A stretch of 64,000 nucleotides of DNA from an uncultured Actinomycetota bacterium. Its GTDB lineage: Bacteria; Actinomycetota; Humimicrobiia; Humimicrobiales; Humimicrobiaceae. A model generated the notes under the pieces. It was not told the origin of the DNA and searched no databases. It saw only the letters and a list, made by a program, of their open reading frames with translations. Made by a program: the position numbers and the translations under genes. Within the stretch, counting starts at the first letter, position 1, and each line of letters begins with the position of its first letter. Positions 18,888 to 30,460 of the stretch are shown here, piece after piece. The DNA is taken from NCBI GenBank assembly GCA_964601205.1, contig CAZRML010000014.1, forward strand, positions 8,504 through 72,503, read 5' to 3'.

Positions 18888-19826
18888 ATGTACGAACATA
18901 TTGCCAAAAATAGGGCAAAAACAGTATTTATAATAATTGGATTTATAATATTTATAACTATGGTAGGATTTGCTCTCGGGTTTTATGTAGATTACCGTTA
19001 TGGTATGAGCAGTAATTACTCAATTCTGTTTATGGTGTTTGCTCTTATTATTGCTATTATTATGAGTTTTTCCAGTTACTATTACAGTGATAAAATTGTG
19101 ATGAGGATTACCGGAGCAAAACCTGTATCGAGGGAAGAAAATCCGAGAATTTACTATATGGCGGAGGGGCTGTCCATAGCAGCCGGGCTACCGATGCCTG
19201 GAATTTATGTGATAGAGGATAACGGCATGAATGCTTTTGCTACCGGGCGCAATCCAGAGCATGGGGTAATAGTTTTTACCCGTGGTCTGCTTGATAATTT
19301 AAATGATGAAGAACTTAAAGGTGTTATATCACACGAGCTTTCCCATATAAAAAATTATGATATACTACTTGGAGCTATAATAGTAGTTCTTGTGGGAATG
19401 ATTTCTATAATAAGCAATATTATACTCAGAAGCTTTATATTTGGAGGGAGCAGAAGGAGAACCAGTAGAAGTTCAGGCGGGGGCATACTTTCTATTATTT
19501 TCCTGGTACTGGGTCTGGCACTTTTGATTCTTTCACCGATAATTGCTACTATTATAAGGATGGCAATCAGCAGGAACAGGGAATTTCTGGCTGACTCAAC
19601 AGGAGCCATGATATCAAGATATCCGGCGGGGCTGGCAAATGCACTTAGAAAAATCAGCCAGTATAGCCAGGTTAAAACTGCCAGCAATGCAACTGCTCAT
19701 TTGTTTATAGAAAATCCATTTGGGAGTAAAGCAAAGGCAGCATTTAGTAATATATTTAGTACCCATCCTCCTGTGGAAGAAAGGATAAAAAGACTGGAGA
19801 GAATGTCTTTAGGAGTGGGAATATAA
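18888..19826 (+). CDS. htpX: M48 family zinc metalloprotease HtpX-like
   Basis: The product has the HELSH zinc motif and four TM segments. The LemA-HtpX pairing is typical. Confidence 0.9.
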   Translation: MYEHIAKNRAKTVFIIIGFIIFITMVGFALGFYVDYRYGMSSNYSILFMVFALIIAIIMSFSSYYYSDKIVMRITGAKPVSREENPRIYYMAEGLSIAAGLPMPGIYVIEDNGMNAFATGRNPEHGVIVFTRGLLDNLNDEELKGVISHELSHIKNYDILLGAIIVVLVGMISIISNIILRSFIFGGSRRRTSRSSGGGILSIIFLVLGLALLILSPIIATIIRMAISRNREFLADSTGAMISRYPAGLANALRKISQYSQVKTASNATAHLFIENPFGSKAKAAFSNIFSTHPPVEERIKRLERMSLGVGI

Positions 19827-19847
19827 AAAATGGAGGTATTTTAAGAT

Positions 19848-20729
19848 ATGAAAAAAGGAACATTAAAATTAAAAGGTGGTCTTGCGCAGATGTTAAAGGG
19901 CGGAGTGATAATGGATGTAACCTCACCTGAACAGGCGAAAATAGCAGAGGAGGCTGGAGCAGTATCGGTAATGGCTCTGGAAAAAATTCCAGCGGATATT
20001 AGAGCAGAAGGTGGAGTGGCAAGAATGACAGACCCTGAAATTATATTAAAAATAATGGATGCTGTATCCATTCCGGTTATGGCAAAAATAAGAATAGGGC
20101 ATTTTGCTGAAGCGCAAATCCTTGAAGCCATAGGAGTTGATTATATAGATGAAAGTGAAGTCCTGACACCCGCTGATGAGAAATATCACGTAAATAAATG
20201 GAATTTTAAAGTTCCATTTGTGTGCGGTGCGACCAATCTTGGAGAAGCATTGAGAAGAATAGGAGAAGGTGCCGCAATGGTGAGAACCAAGGGTGAAGCA
20301 GGCACAGGAGATGTAGTTGAAGCGGTAAGACATATGAGAAGTATAAGGGACGGGATAGCAAGAATTGCTTCTATTCCTGTTGAAGAACTTATGACTGCAG
20401 CAAAGGAACTCGGTGCGCCCTATGACCTGATTGTATATGTACATAAGAATAGAAGTTTACCGGTAGTAAATTTTTCGGCAGGTGGTATATCAACCCCCGC
20501 TGATGCTGCTATGATAATGCAGCTGGGCGCAGATGGAATTTTTGTTGGCTCGGGAATATTTAAGTCAGATAACCCATCAAAAGTGGCAAAGGCTATTGTT
20601 GAGGCAACGACTCACTTTAATAATCCAGAAGTACTGGCGCGTGTTTCAAGAAATCTTGGGACTACAATGAAAGGAATCGCCGTATCCACCCTCACAAAAG
20701 AAGAGGTAATTTCAAACAGGGGATGGTAA
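19848..20729 (+). CDS. pdxS: Pyridoxal 5'-phosphate synthase lyase subunit PdxS
   Basis: LKGGVIMDV ... MAKIRIGH ... [15 protein letters not shown] are highly conserved PdxS blocks. Confidence 0.95.
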   Translation: MKKGTLKLKGGLAQMLKGGVIMDVTSPEQAKIAEEAGAVSVMALEKIPADIRAEGGVARMTDPEIILKIMDAVSIPVMAKIRIGHFAEAQILEAIGVDYIDESEVLTPADEKYHVNKWNFKVPFVCGATNLGEALRRIGEGAAMVRTKGEAGTGDVVEAVRHMRSIRDGIARIASIPVEELMTAAKELGAPYDLIVYVHKNRSLPVVNFSAGGISTPADAAMIMQLGADGIFVGSGIFKSDNPSKVAKAIVEATTHFNNPEVLARVSRNLGTTMKGIAVSTLTKEEVISNRGW

Positions 20730-21337
20730 ATAAGTTGGCGGATATAAGAGTCGGTGTTCTTTCACTGCAGGGAGCATTTAAAGAACATATAGTTAAATTA
20801 AAAAAGTGCAGGGTTAAAACTATAGAGATAAGATTTCCCGGGCAACTGGCACAGGTTGATGGGGTTATTATTCCAGGAGGAGAGAGCACTACTATAAATA
20901 AGTTATTAAAAGAATACAATTTTAAAGAAGCTCTGGATAAATTTTACGGGGAAGGAAAGCCCATATTTGGAACCTGTGCTGGAATGATATTAATTGCAAA
21001 GGAAATACATGGTGAAGGTAAAGGTCTGGGATATATAGATATTAATGTAAAAAGAAATGCTTACGGACGCCAGATAGACAGTTTTGAGGAAATGATATAT
21101 ATAAATTTTGATGGTGATAAAAAAGATAAAAGGAGATTCAAATCAGTATTTATAAGAGCACCCCGGATATTAAGTACGGGGAGAAATGTCAGGATAATGG
21201 CAGAGTTTGATGGTAAAGCTATACTTGTAAAAGACGGCAACGTTATGGCAAGTACTTTTCATCCCGAATTGACCGAGGATACCGGTTTGCACAGGTATTT
21301 TGTAAATATGATAAAAAAGTATAAAGAGGGGATTTGA
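20723..21337 (+). CDS. pdxT: Pyridoxal 5'-phosphate synthase glutaminase subunit PdxT
   Basis: [12 protein letters not shown] and [10 protein letters not shown] (the nucleophile Cys) are present. It overlaps pdxS by 7 nt. Confidence 0.95.
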   Translation: MVNKLADIRVGVLSLQGAFKEHIVKLKKCRVKTIEIRFPGQLAQVDGVIIPGGESTTINKLLKEYNFKEALDKFYGEGKPIFGTCAGMILIAKEIHGEGKGLGYIDINVKRNAYGRQIDSFEEMIYINFDGDKKDKRRFKSVFIRAPRILSTGRNVRIMAEFDGKAILVKDGNVMASTFHPELTEDTGLHRYFVNMIKKYKEGI

Positions 21338-21338
21338 T

Positions 21339-22088
21339 ATGTCTGGGCATTCAAAATGGCATTCAATTAAGCATAAAAAGGCAAAAGAAGATGCAAAGAG
21401 AGGAAATATATTCGGGAAGTTGAGCAGGAATATAATTGTTGCGGTAAGAGAGGGCGGCGGAAGTGACCCGAAGGATAATATTAACCTTGCAAATGCAATC
21501 GCTAAAGCTAAAGAGTATAATATGCCCCAGAGTAATATAGATAGGGCAATTAAAAGAGGAACCGGGGAGATAGAGGGAGAGAATTATGAAAGCATTATTT
21601 ATGAGGGGTACGGTCCCGGGGGTATAGCATTAATAATTGAGGTTATGACAGAAAACCGTAATAGAACTGCTTCTGATATCAGGAATATTTTAAGTAGATA
21701 TAATGGGTCACTTGGTGAAAATGGAAGTGTGAGCTGGCAGTTTGAAAGAAGCGGCATAATAATAGTGGAAAAAAATGAAGTAAAAAATGAAGAAGAATTT
21801 ATGTTAAATATGATTGATGCCGGTGCTGAAGATATTGATGAGGACGATGGTTTATATGAAATAAGGACATCTCTGAATGAATTCATAAATGTTAAGGAAG
21901 CTCTTACTAAAAGAAAAATAAATATTAAATCAGGTGAACTTGCTTTTGTACCTAAATCTACGATTAAACTTTCAAAGGAAGATGGTGCTAGATCGCTGAA
22001 GCTTATCAATGCACTTGATGACCATGATGATGTACAGAATGTTAGCACAAATCTGGAAATATCAGATGATATGTTAGATGATATGTAA
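21339..22088 (+). CDS. yebC: YebC/PmpR family DNA-binding regulator
   Basis: N-terminus MSGHSKWHSIKHKKA. Confidence 0.95.
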   Translation: MSGHSKWHSIKHKKAKEDAKRGNIFGKLSRNIIVAVREGGGSDPKDNINLANAIAKAKEYNMPQSNIDRAIKRGTGEIEGENYESIIYEGYGPGGIALIIEVMTENRNRTASDIRNILSRYNGSLGENGSVSWQFERSGIIIVEKNEVKNEEEFMLNMIDAGAEDIDEDDGLYEIRTSLNEFINVKEALTKRKINIKSGELAFVPKSTIKLSKEDGARSLKLINALDDHDDVQNVSTNLEISDDMLDDM

Positions 22089-22111
22089 CTAAAAAGTATA
22101 TTTATTTAAAT

Positions 22112-22636
22112 ATGACAGATAAAAAAATTAGAATACTTGGTATAGACCCCGGGCTCGAGACCACAGGAGTAAGCGTGCTTGATATAATAAAAGGTGAGTA
22201 TCACCCCCTGTATTCAGGTTGTATAATAACAGAGAGATCTAAACCTATATTTGAAAGACTGGAGAAAATTTATCTGGAACTTGATAAGTTAATAAAAAAA
22301 TACTGCCCTGATTGTCTTGCTATTGAGGAAATTTTTTTTAATATGAACGCAAAAAGTGCTTTGGATGTTGGACAGGCAAGGGGTGTTTCCATCCTGGCAG
22401 GGAGCATTAATAAAATAAGGATATATGAGTATACTCCTCTTGAAGTAAAACAGGCTGTGGTTGGTTACGGGAGGGCAAACAAAAAACAGATTAAGTATAT
22501 GTTAAAAATTATTTTAGGAGTTAATGATAGTTTTTTTCCTTCAAGGGATGATGCCTGGGATGCAATGGCAATATCTGTCTGTCATGCTAATTTTAGAAAA
22601 TTTAAACAAAATTTAGAGAATATAAAAAATATTTAA
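22112..22636 (+). CDS. ruvC: Crossover junction endodeoxyribonuclease RuvC
   Basis: ILGIDPGLETTG is present, and the gene sits in the yebC-ruvC-ruvA-ruvB context. Confidence 0.9.
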   Translation: MTDKKIRILGIDPGLETTGVSVLDIIKGEYHPLYSGCIITERSKPIFERLEKIYLELDKLIKKYCPDCLAIEEIFFNMNAKSALDVGQARGVSILAGSINKIRIYEYTPLEVKQAVVGYGRANKKQIKYMLKIILGVNDSFFPSRDDAWDAMAISVCHANFRKFKQNLENIKNI

Positions 22637-22643
22637 TTTTTTT

Positions 22644-23234
22644 ATGATTTCAAAAATATTTGGAAAGATAATAAAAAAGTCTCCCTCAAACGTTATAATA
22701 CAGACAGGAGGAATAGGTTTTGAGGTATTGATTTCATCCAGAACTTTTGAGAAAATTCCCGAAGCTGGTTCGGAGGTTGAACTTGATATTTACACCCATG
22801 TTCGTGAAGAAGAATTAAAGCTGGTTGGTTTTCTGGATACTGAAAATAAAGATTTTTTCTTAAAATTGATAGGTGTTTCGGGAATATCCATTAAAATAGC
22901 TTTAAGTGCACTCTCTATTTACAGTGCGCAGGAAATTAAGAAAATTATTACAGAAAGAGAAGTAGATCTATTAAGAAGAGTGCCGGGGATTGGTCTTAAG
23001 CTTGCAGAAAGAATGATAGTGGAACTAAAGGATAAAATAGAAGAAGATAAAATGGCTCTGGTTAGAGGAGCCGGTGCAGAAGAAAATAAGAAGCTGTATG
23101 AAGTAAAGCAGGCCCTTAAAACACTTGGTTACGGCACAAATGAGATAACAAGAGCCCTATCAAGAATGGATGCTGATATTATTGAGAAGGAAAAAACTGA
23201 AAATATATTAAAAATGGCGCTAAGGGAAATATAA
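22644..23234 (+). CDS. ruvA: Holliday junction helicase subunit RuvA
   Basis: The size, an HhH region (VPGIGLKLAERM) and the gene context fit RuvA. Confidence 0.9.
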   Translation: MISKIFGKIIKKSPSNVIIQTGGIGFEVLISSRTFEKIPEAGSEVELDIYTHVREEELKLVGFLDTENKDFFLKLIGVSGISIKIALSALSIYSAQEIKKIITEREVDLLRRVPGIGLKLAERMIVELKDKIEEDKMALVRGAGAEENKKLYEVKQALKTLGYGTNEITRALSRMDADIIEKEKTENILKMALREI

Positions 23235-23246
23235 TAAAATAATTAA

Positions 23247-24308
23247 GTGGCTAAAATGGATGAAGTAAATACCGAGAATAATGATATAAATCCAAAACAT
23301 CTGAAGGTTGATACAGAGCTTGATAAAAGCCTGAGACCACGGGAAATATCAGAATTTATCGGGCAGGAAAAAATAATAGATAATCTTTTAGTTTTTATAA
23401 AATCTGCCAAAAAAAGAAAAGAGCCTCTGGACCATGTGATTTTATCAGGTCCGCCCGGTCTGGGCAAAACATGCCTAGCTGAAATAATTGCCAATGAACT
23501 AGGGGTTGGCTTCAGAGTTACCTCAGGACCGGCTATAGAAAGAGCGGGTGACCTGGCTGCCATACTGACCAATCTGGAAAAATTTGATGTTTTATTTATT
23601 GATGAAATCCACAGATTAAATAGAAGCGTGGAGGAAATCCTTTATCCGGCAATGGAAGATTATAAACTGGATATAATAATCGGGAAAGGCCCTTCGGCAA
23701 AATCAATCAGAATTGATATTGAACCCTTCACTATCATCGGGGCAACAACACGAATAGGATTGGTTGCGCCTCCCTTAAGAGACAGGTTCGGGGTAAATTT
23801 GAGGCTGGATTATTATAATAAAGAGAATATAGTAAAAATTATTAACCGATCAGCAGCAATACTCGGTATAGAAATAACCGGAAAAGGTGCCGAAATTATT
23901 GCTGGAAGAAGCAGGGGTACTCCAAGAATAGGGAACAGGTTGCTGAGAAGGGTAAGAGATTACGCGCTTATGTACAGTAACAGTGTAGTAGATGAAGAAA
24001 TAGCCGAGAAAGCTCTGGGGAGACTTGATATAGATAAGCTGGGCCTTGATGTAGTTGACAAAAAAATATTAAATGCCCTGGTAATAAAATTTAACGGGGG
24101 TCCGGTAGGAGTGGGGACTATAGCTGCTTCAGTAGGAGAAGAAGCGGATACCATAGAAGATGTTTATGAACCGTATCTTTTACAGCTTGGATTTGTAAAA
24201 AGGACATCCAAAGGCAGGGTTGCCACAGGCAGAGCCTTTAAGTATCTGGGAATAGGCAGAGAAAGAAACCCCGGCTTTTTTGATAGTATATCCAGAGATG
24301 AAGACTGA
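23247..24308 (+). CDS. ruvB: Holliday junction helicase RuvB
   Basis: Walker A GPPGLGKT, Walker B DEIHRL and the sensor block [16 protein letters not shown] are present. Confidence 0.95.
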   Translation: MAKMDEVNTENNDINPKHLKVDTELDKSLRPREISEFIGQEKIIDNLLVFIKSAKKRKEPLDHVILSGPPGLGKTCLAEIIANELGVGFRVTSGPAIERAGDLAAILTNLEKFDVLFIDEIHRLNRSVEEILYPAMEDYKLDIIIGKGPSAKSIRIDIEPFTIIGATTRIGLVAPPLRDRFGVNLRLDYYNKENIVKIINRSAAILGIEITGKGAEIIAGRSRGTPRIGNRLLRRVRDYALMYSNSVVDEEIAEKALGRLDIDKLGLDVVDKKILNALVIKFNGGPVGVGTIAASVGEEADTIEDVYEPYLLQLGFVKRTSKGRVATGRAFKYLGIGRERNPGFFDSISRDED

Positions 24309-25311
24309 ACTATTTGATTACGAACTTCCTCAAAAATTCATAGCCCAGGTGCCATTATCCAAAAGAGATAATTCAAAACTTTTAGTACTTGATAAAAAAT
24401 CAGGCAGTATAGGGCATGATTTTTTTTATAATATCCACTCATATTTTAAGAAGGGGGACGTGCTTGTTGTAAATGAAAGCAGGGTAGTGAGGTGCAGGTT
24501 GAAGGGCAAAAAAGAAAAAACCGGGGCAAATATTGAATGTTTTGTTTTAAATAAGTTAAATGAAAATGAATATCTGGGTTTAATCAGACCTTCAAAGAGG
24601 GTTAAACCCAATGATAAGGTTATTATAGGGGAACACTTTTTTATAGTTAAGTCAAAATTAGATTATGGAAAGGCAGTAGTAAAATTTGATTTACCTGCAG
24701 AGGATATTTTTGATGAATATGGCGAGGTTCCATTGCCGCCTTATATTAAAGATACCGGTATTAAAGAGGAGAATTATCAAACTGTTTATGCAGACAAAAA
24801 AGGTTCCAGAGCTGCTCCAACTGCGGGACTGCATTTTTCTAAAAAGTTAATTAAAAAATTAAAAGATAACGGGGTAGTAATCGCAAAGTTGAGGCTGGAT
24901 ATAGGTATTGATACTTTCAGGCCAATAGTGGTGGGGGATGTAGAAAAACATAGCATACACAGTGAAAATTATTTTATTGAGGAACGTGAGGCAAAAAAAA
25001 TAATGGATGCAAAAAGTAGAGGAAGCAAAATTATTGCAGTCGGCACCACTGTAGTAAGGGCTCTTGAAACTTTAATGTTAAAATATGGAAAAATAAAAGG
25101 AGAAAATGGATGTACCGATATTTTTATTTATCCAGGGTATAATTTTAAAGCTGTTGACTGGCTAATTACCAATTTTCATCTTCCCAGGTCTACTCTTATT
25201 GTAATGGTATCTGCATTTGCAGGAAGAAAGAATATTTTAAGAGCTTACAATGAGGCTAAAAAAAACAGTTATAGGTTCTACAGCTTTGGAGATTGTATGC
25301 TTATAAAATAA
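24298..25311 (+). CDS. queA: S-adenosylmethionine:tRNA ribosyltransferase-isomerase QueA
   Basis: The product begins [19 protein letters not shown]...[11 protein letters not shown] 24298 is preferred over the track start at TTG 24280. It overlaps the ruvB end by 11 nt. Confidence 0.9.
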   Translation: MKTELFDYELPQKFIAQVPLSKRDNSKLLVLDKKSGSIGHDFFYNIHSYFKKGDVLVVNESRVVRCRLKGKKEKTGANIECFVLNKLNENEYLGLIRPSKRVKPNDKVIIGEHFFIVKSKLDYGKAVVKFDLPAEDIFDEYGEVPLPPYIKDTGIKEENYQTVYADKKGSRAAPTAGLHFSKKLIKKLKDNGVVIAKLRLDIGIDTFRPIVVGDVEKHSIHSENYFIEEREAKKIMDAKSRGSKIIAVGTTVVRALETLMLKYGKIKGENGCTDIFIYPGYNFKAVDWLITNFHLPRSTLIVMVSAFAGRKNILRAYNEAKKNSYRFYSFGDCMLIK

Positions 25312-25416
25312 ATAAGCTTTAAATGAAAAAACATATATTCATGTTTTAATAAGTCTATTTTGTTATGGAAGAGGTTTCAGGGTATTAAAGCGATTATATT
25401 ATTAAATCCGTTATAT

Positions 25417-27339
25417 TTATTGATTGTCAAAAGAAAAATTTCTGCTTTTTAAAACTTTTATGCAAGCGTCTACTACCATAGGATCATAAAGTTTTCCTTT
25501 ATTTTTTCTTATCTCATCTATGGCTTCATCCATTCCTCTGGCAGGTCTGTAAGGTCTGTGGGAAGACATTGCTTCTACTACATCTGCAACTCCAATAATT
25601 TTTGCTTCCGGAATTATGTCTTTTCCTTTTAAACCCTTAGGGTATCCCGAACCGTCTTCTCTTTCATGGTGCTGTAAAATTATCTCTGCGACAGGATACC
25701 GGAAATCTATTTTTTTGACAATTTCAGATCCAACACCGGGATGGGTCTTTACTATATTAAATTCTATTTCAGATAGTTTACCCGGTTTTGAAAGGATAGA
25801 GGGGGGGATATTTATTTTGCCTATATCATGTAACCGTGCTGCTATTTCAATAGATCTAATTTTTTTCTCATCAAATTTTAATTCTTTTGCTATTTTTACA
25901 GCCAGTGTGGTTACTCTTTTCTGATGGCCTGCTGTATAGGGATCCCTGGTCTCAACTATTGATGATAGAGTATATATGGTATCATCCAATGCTTTTTCCA
26001 GCCTGTCAAATGTTTCTTTTCGTTCAGTAATATCAACAAAATTACCCAGAATATATTTTATTTTTTCACCGCTTTTTATAGAGCGCTCTACAGCATTGAC
26101 CCAGAATTTTTTTCCATTCTTATTTACAAATGGCAATTCAATGTTGTTTATCCCTCTGGTTATAACTTTTTCAATGCTTTTAGTATAGGTATCTGTCATA
26201 TCTTTTATCCAGTAAGGACGGGGCGGCCTGCCGCCAATTATTTCTCTTGAAGAAAAACCGGTTAATTTTTCAAATGCGGGGTTGATGTATTCCATAGTCT
26301 TATCAGTACTCATAACGTAAATAGGAGATGTAGAATTATCAAGAATACTTTTATTGAATTCCTCACTATCTTTTAGCTTTTTTTCTATTTTTATAAAGTC
26401 GGTTCTATTAGTAATTATTATCTGGATTCCAGTAATTTTTTTATTCTTTTTAATCAGTGATGTCCTGACTTCTCCTGTAAAAATTTTCCCGTTTTTATGT
26501 TTCCAGTTTAGTAGCATGGGTTTTATATTTTTACCGAGAATAAGTCTGGTAAAAATATTAATATATCCCGGTATGTCTGATGTCCGGAGCGTTTTTAATT
26601 TTGTAAAATGCTTTCCAACAAGGTCTTTCCTCTTAAAACCTGTAAAATCAAGCACGGTATCACTAATATCGGTTATAACCCCCATGTTATTTACGACAGC
26701 GATGCCAACAGGAGATGTTTCAAAAATAAGCCTGTATCTTTCCTCACTTTCTTTATATGATTCTATGGCCTGTTCCTCCCTGGTTATATCTCTTACATAG
26801 CCTTCAAGCAATATAAGGTCGCTTGGAGGGAAAAGAAGGACCCTGGAGATTTCAGAGACCCATTTTACTTTATTTTTAGCGGTAATTATGCGGTATTTAA
26901 GATTAATTTTTCTGTTTTCTTTGACAGCTTTTTTTAGTTGACTTATAACCATATTTTTATCTTCGGGATGAATGATGCGCCTGTAGGCTATTTTGTTATT
27001 TATTATTAAATCTGAAGGTTTGTAGCCGGTTATATTAATGCAGGCTTCGCTTATAAATTCAATGGTACGATTATTATCATTTCTGCAGCAAAATACCATA
27101 CCTGGAAGGTCATTAATCATGGGAGAATGAAAGAGTGGATTATTTTTTATTATATCTCTTACATGTCTATCTTTATTTTTAATTTTTTCCAGGCTTAAAA
27201 GTTCTTCATGTAGCATGATATGAAAATTTTTAAATTGTTCTACCATATCAGATGTATTAGGAGCTATACCTGGAATTATAAAGGGTGGTCCAGCAGGCAT
27301 TTTATTACTGGTGTAAGTTTTTTCCCTGGAATGCTTCAT
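25417..27339 (-). CDS. Multi-PAS sensor with HD-GYP domain (likely c-di-GMP phosphodiesterase)
   Basis: Repeated PAS-type blocks are followed by HDIGKINIP ... HHEREDGSGYPKGL. Confidence 0.85.
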   Translation of the reverse strand: MKHSREKTYTSNKMPAGPPFIIPGIAPNTSDMVEQFKNFHIMLHEELLSLEKIKNKDRHVRDIIKNNPLFHSPMINDLPGMVFCCRNDNNRTIEFISEACINITGYKPSDLIINNKIAYRRIIHPEDKNMVISQLKKAVKENRKINLKYRIITAKNKVKWVSEISRVLLFPPSDLILLEGYVRDITREEQAIESYKESEERYRLIFETSPVGIAVVNNMGVITDISDTVLDFTGFKRKDLVGKHFTKLKTLRTSDIPGYINIFTRLILGKNIKPMLLNWKHKNGKIFTGEVRTSLIKKNKKITGIQIIITNRTDFIKIEKKLKDSEEFNKSILDNSTSPIYVMSTDKTMEYINPAFEKLTGFSSREIIGGRPPRPYWIKDMTDTYTKSIEKVITRGINNIELPFVNKNGKKFWVNAVERSIKSGEKIKYILGNFVDITERKETFDRLEKALDDTIYTLSSIVETRDPYTAGHQKRVTTLAVKIAKELKFDEKKIRSIEIAARLHDIGKINIPPSILSKPGKLSEIEFNIVKTHPGVGSEIVKKIDFRYPVAEIILQHHEREDGSGYPKGLKGKDIIPEAKIIGVADVVEAMSSHRPYRPARGMDEAIDEIRKNKGKLYDPMVVDACIKVLKSRNFSFDNQ

Positions 27340-27794
27340 ACCCTGTAATTTATGAATTATAAAGTTTAAAATTTAATACAGATATTTTTATATTATACTT
27401 TAAATAAAAAAATAAAAAAAATTAAAAATGGTTTGTCAATATTACAAATTTTATTAATTTAAATTAATAAAAAACTAACAGTTGATAAATATAATCATTA
27501 ACCATAATCCTGTAACTTTTTATTATTTTTTAATATATATTCAATACACTTTATATTTTTAATATAACTTATATAATTATTTAAAAACCGTTGAGCTGTT
27601 TGAAGCATTATCTCATGTATAAACCCCGAGTAGGTGAGTACAGGCCGGTGGGAAAGGTATATTATTGAAGGGAAAGATTAAAATTAAGATTTAATGATAA
27701 TAGTTTTTTATACAGCAGCGGTTTTTAGCAAGGTGGTAAAAAAATACAGGTAATAAATAAGGAAGTGCATCTATAAAGAAACCGGAGGTAAATT

Positions 27795-28319
27795 TTGGTT
27801 GAGACTATAGTATGGCTGATAATAATATTTCTTGCCAGGATTGTTGATGTAAGTCTTGGAACCCTGAGAGTGAATATGATAATAAGGAGAAAAAAGACCA
27901 TAGCAGCTCTGGTGGGTTTTGTAGAAGTAACCATATTCATATCCATTATAGTAAGAATAATTAAAGATATAGATAATATATATGGGATTATTGCTTATAG
28001 TGCAGGTTTTGCTGTGGGAACTGTTGTGGGGATAATAATATCGGAGAAGCTATCACGTGACCTGGTAAGCATTAATATTATTTCCAGAAAACATAATGCA
28101 GAGATTAAAGAATTACTTTCAAGGGAAAATTTTGGCTTTACCTGTTACAAAGGTGCCGGAAGGCAGGGAGAGGTAGAGATAATAAATGTTGTTTGCAGCA
28201 ATGCTGTTCTTCCGGGGTTGAATAAAATGGTACATAAGCAGGACCCCGGGGCTTTTGTGGTATGCTATATGCTGGATAGAATAAGGGGAGGCTTTATAAG
28301 GGGTTTAAAGAAAAAGTAA
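27795..28319 (+). CDS. UPF0316/DUF2179 family membrane protein
   Basis: The N-terminus reads IIFLARIVDVSLGTLRVNMIIRRKK, and a C-terminal soluble domain follows. The start is TTG. Confidence 0.75.
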   Translation: MVETIVWLIIIFLARIVDVSLGTLRVNMIIRRKKTIAALVGFVEVTIFISIIVRIIKDIDNIYGIIAYSAGFAVGTVVGIIISEKLSRDLVSINIISRKHNAEIKELLSRENFGFTCYKGAGRQGEVEIINVVCSNAVLPGLNKMVHKQDPGAFVVCYMLDRIRGGFIRGLKKK

Positions 28320-28572
28320 TAAATTATTTTTATTTAATAAATTATTGCTTGGGCTGTATTTGCTTAAATAAATAGTTTTATGGATTTTTAAAGTTTAACC
28401 GTATACATTAATTATAAAATTATAAAATCATTCATAAAAGTAAAATAATCTCTTAATTTAAAACCTTTGCTATAATGGCCGAAGATAAATTGGAAATATA
28501 GCAGGTAATAAAAAAATTAAAATTTATTTGTTAATGGAAAATATACGGGAATTAAAAGGAAGTAAATTATAA

Positions 28573-29706
<1,134 letters not shown>

Positions 29707-30029
29707 AGTTTATTGTTATATTTCTAACTTTTATATTTTTAATATTGTATACTAAAATAACTTAAGTTAAAATAGCCTATAGCCCGTGCCGGTCCAGGGT
29801 ATTAGAAGTTTTTTATATTTAATTATATTATAATATTTAATTATAATTACTTTAGTTTTATATTAATGATGTATGCCGGTTTGTAAACAATATCCAGTCA
29901 CAGTAGTTGTTTATAATCCTTAAAAGGACAGAAAGCGGAAAAGCGAATCTAATATATATTTGCAAAAATTTTAAAAAAGTTAATAATAGTGATATTTGGT
30001 TATTGAAAAATATTTTTTAAGGAGTGTTT

Positions 30030-30458
30030 ATGAATTTAAAAAGAAGATTAATAAGTATTTTAGTTATTGGTATACTTATAGTTAGCCTGGGGGTTTTAAG
30101 TGCTTCATGTTACCCGATTACAACAGAAGGAGAGGCTGCAGCCGGGGGTACTGAGACTGCTGAGGAAGCAGAAGCTGGTACCATGTCCGGTATTTTTGCC
30201 AGTTACGGTACATGGATATGGCTGGCAATACTTGCGGTAGCATTTTATTTTTTACTCATAAGACCACAGAGGGTAAGAACAAAAAAAGCGCAGGATTTAA
30301 TGTCCAGCCTGCAGAGGGGTGACGAAGTGGTTACCATAGGAGGGTTTTATGGAAGGATCAAAGATGTAAGAGATGATGTTATGATAATAACAATTGCCAG
30401 CGGGATAGATATAAAAATAAATAAAAGTGCTATTGCCAGAAAAGTCGCTCAACAGTAA
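30030..30458 (+). CDS. yajC: Preprotein translocase subunit YajC with N-terminal lipoprotein-type extension
   Basis: ATG 30030 lies 5 nt after AAGGAG (30019-30024). The C-terminal half is canonical YajC (LLIRPQRVRTKKAQDLMSSLQRGDEVVTIGGFYGRI). The N-terminus adds a signal-like TM segment, the lipobox LSAS|C and an acidic linker. Confidence 0.85.
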   Translation: MNLKRRLISILVIGILIVSLGVLSASCYPITTEGEAAAGGTETAEEAEAGTMSGIFASYGTWIWLAILAVAFYFLLIRPQRVRTKKAQDLMSSLQRGDEVVTIGGFYGRIKDVRDDVMIITIASGIDIKINKSAIARKVAQQ

Positions 30459-30460
30459 AT

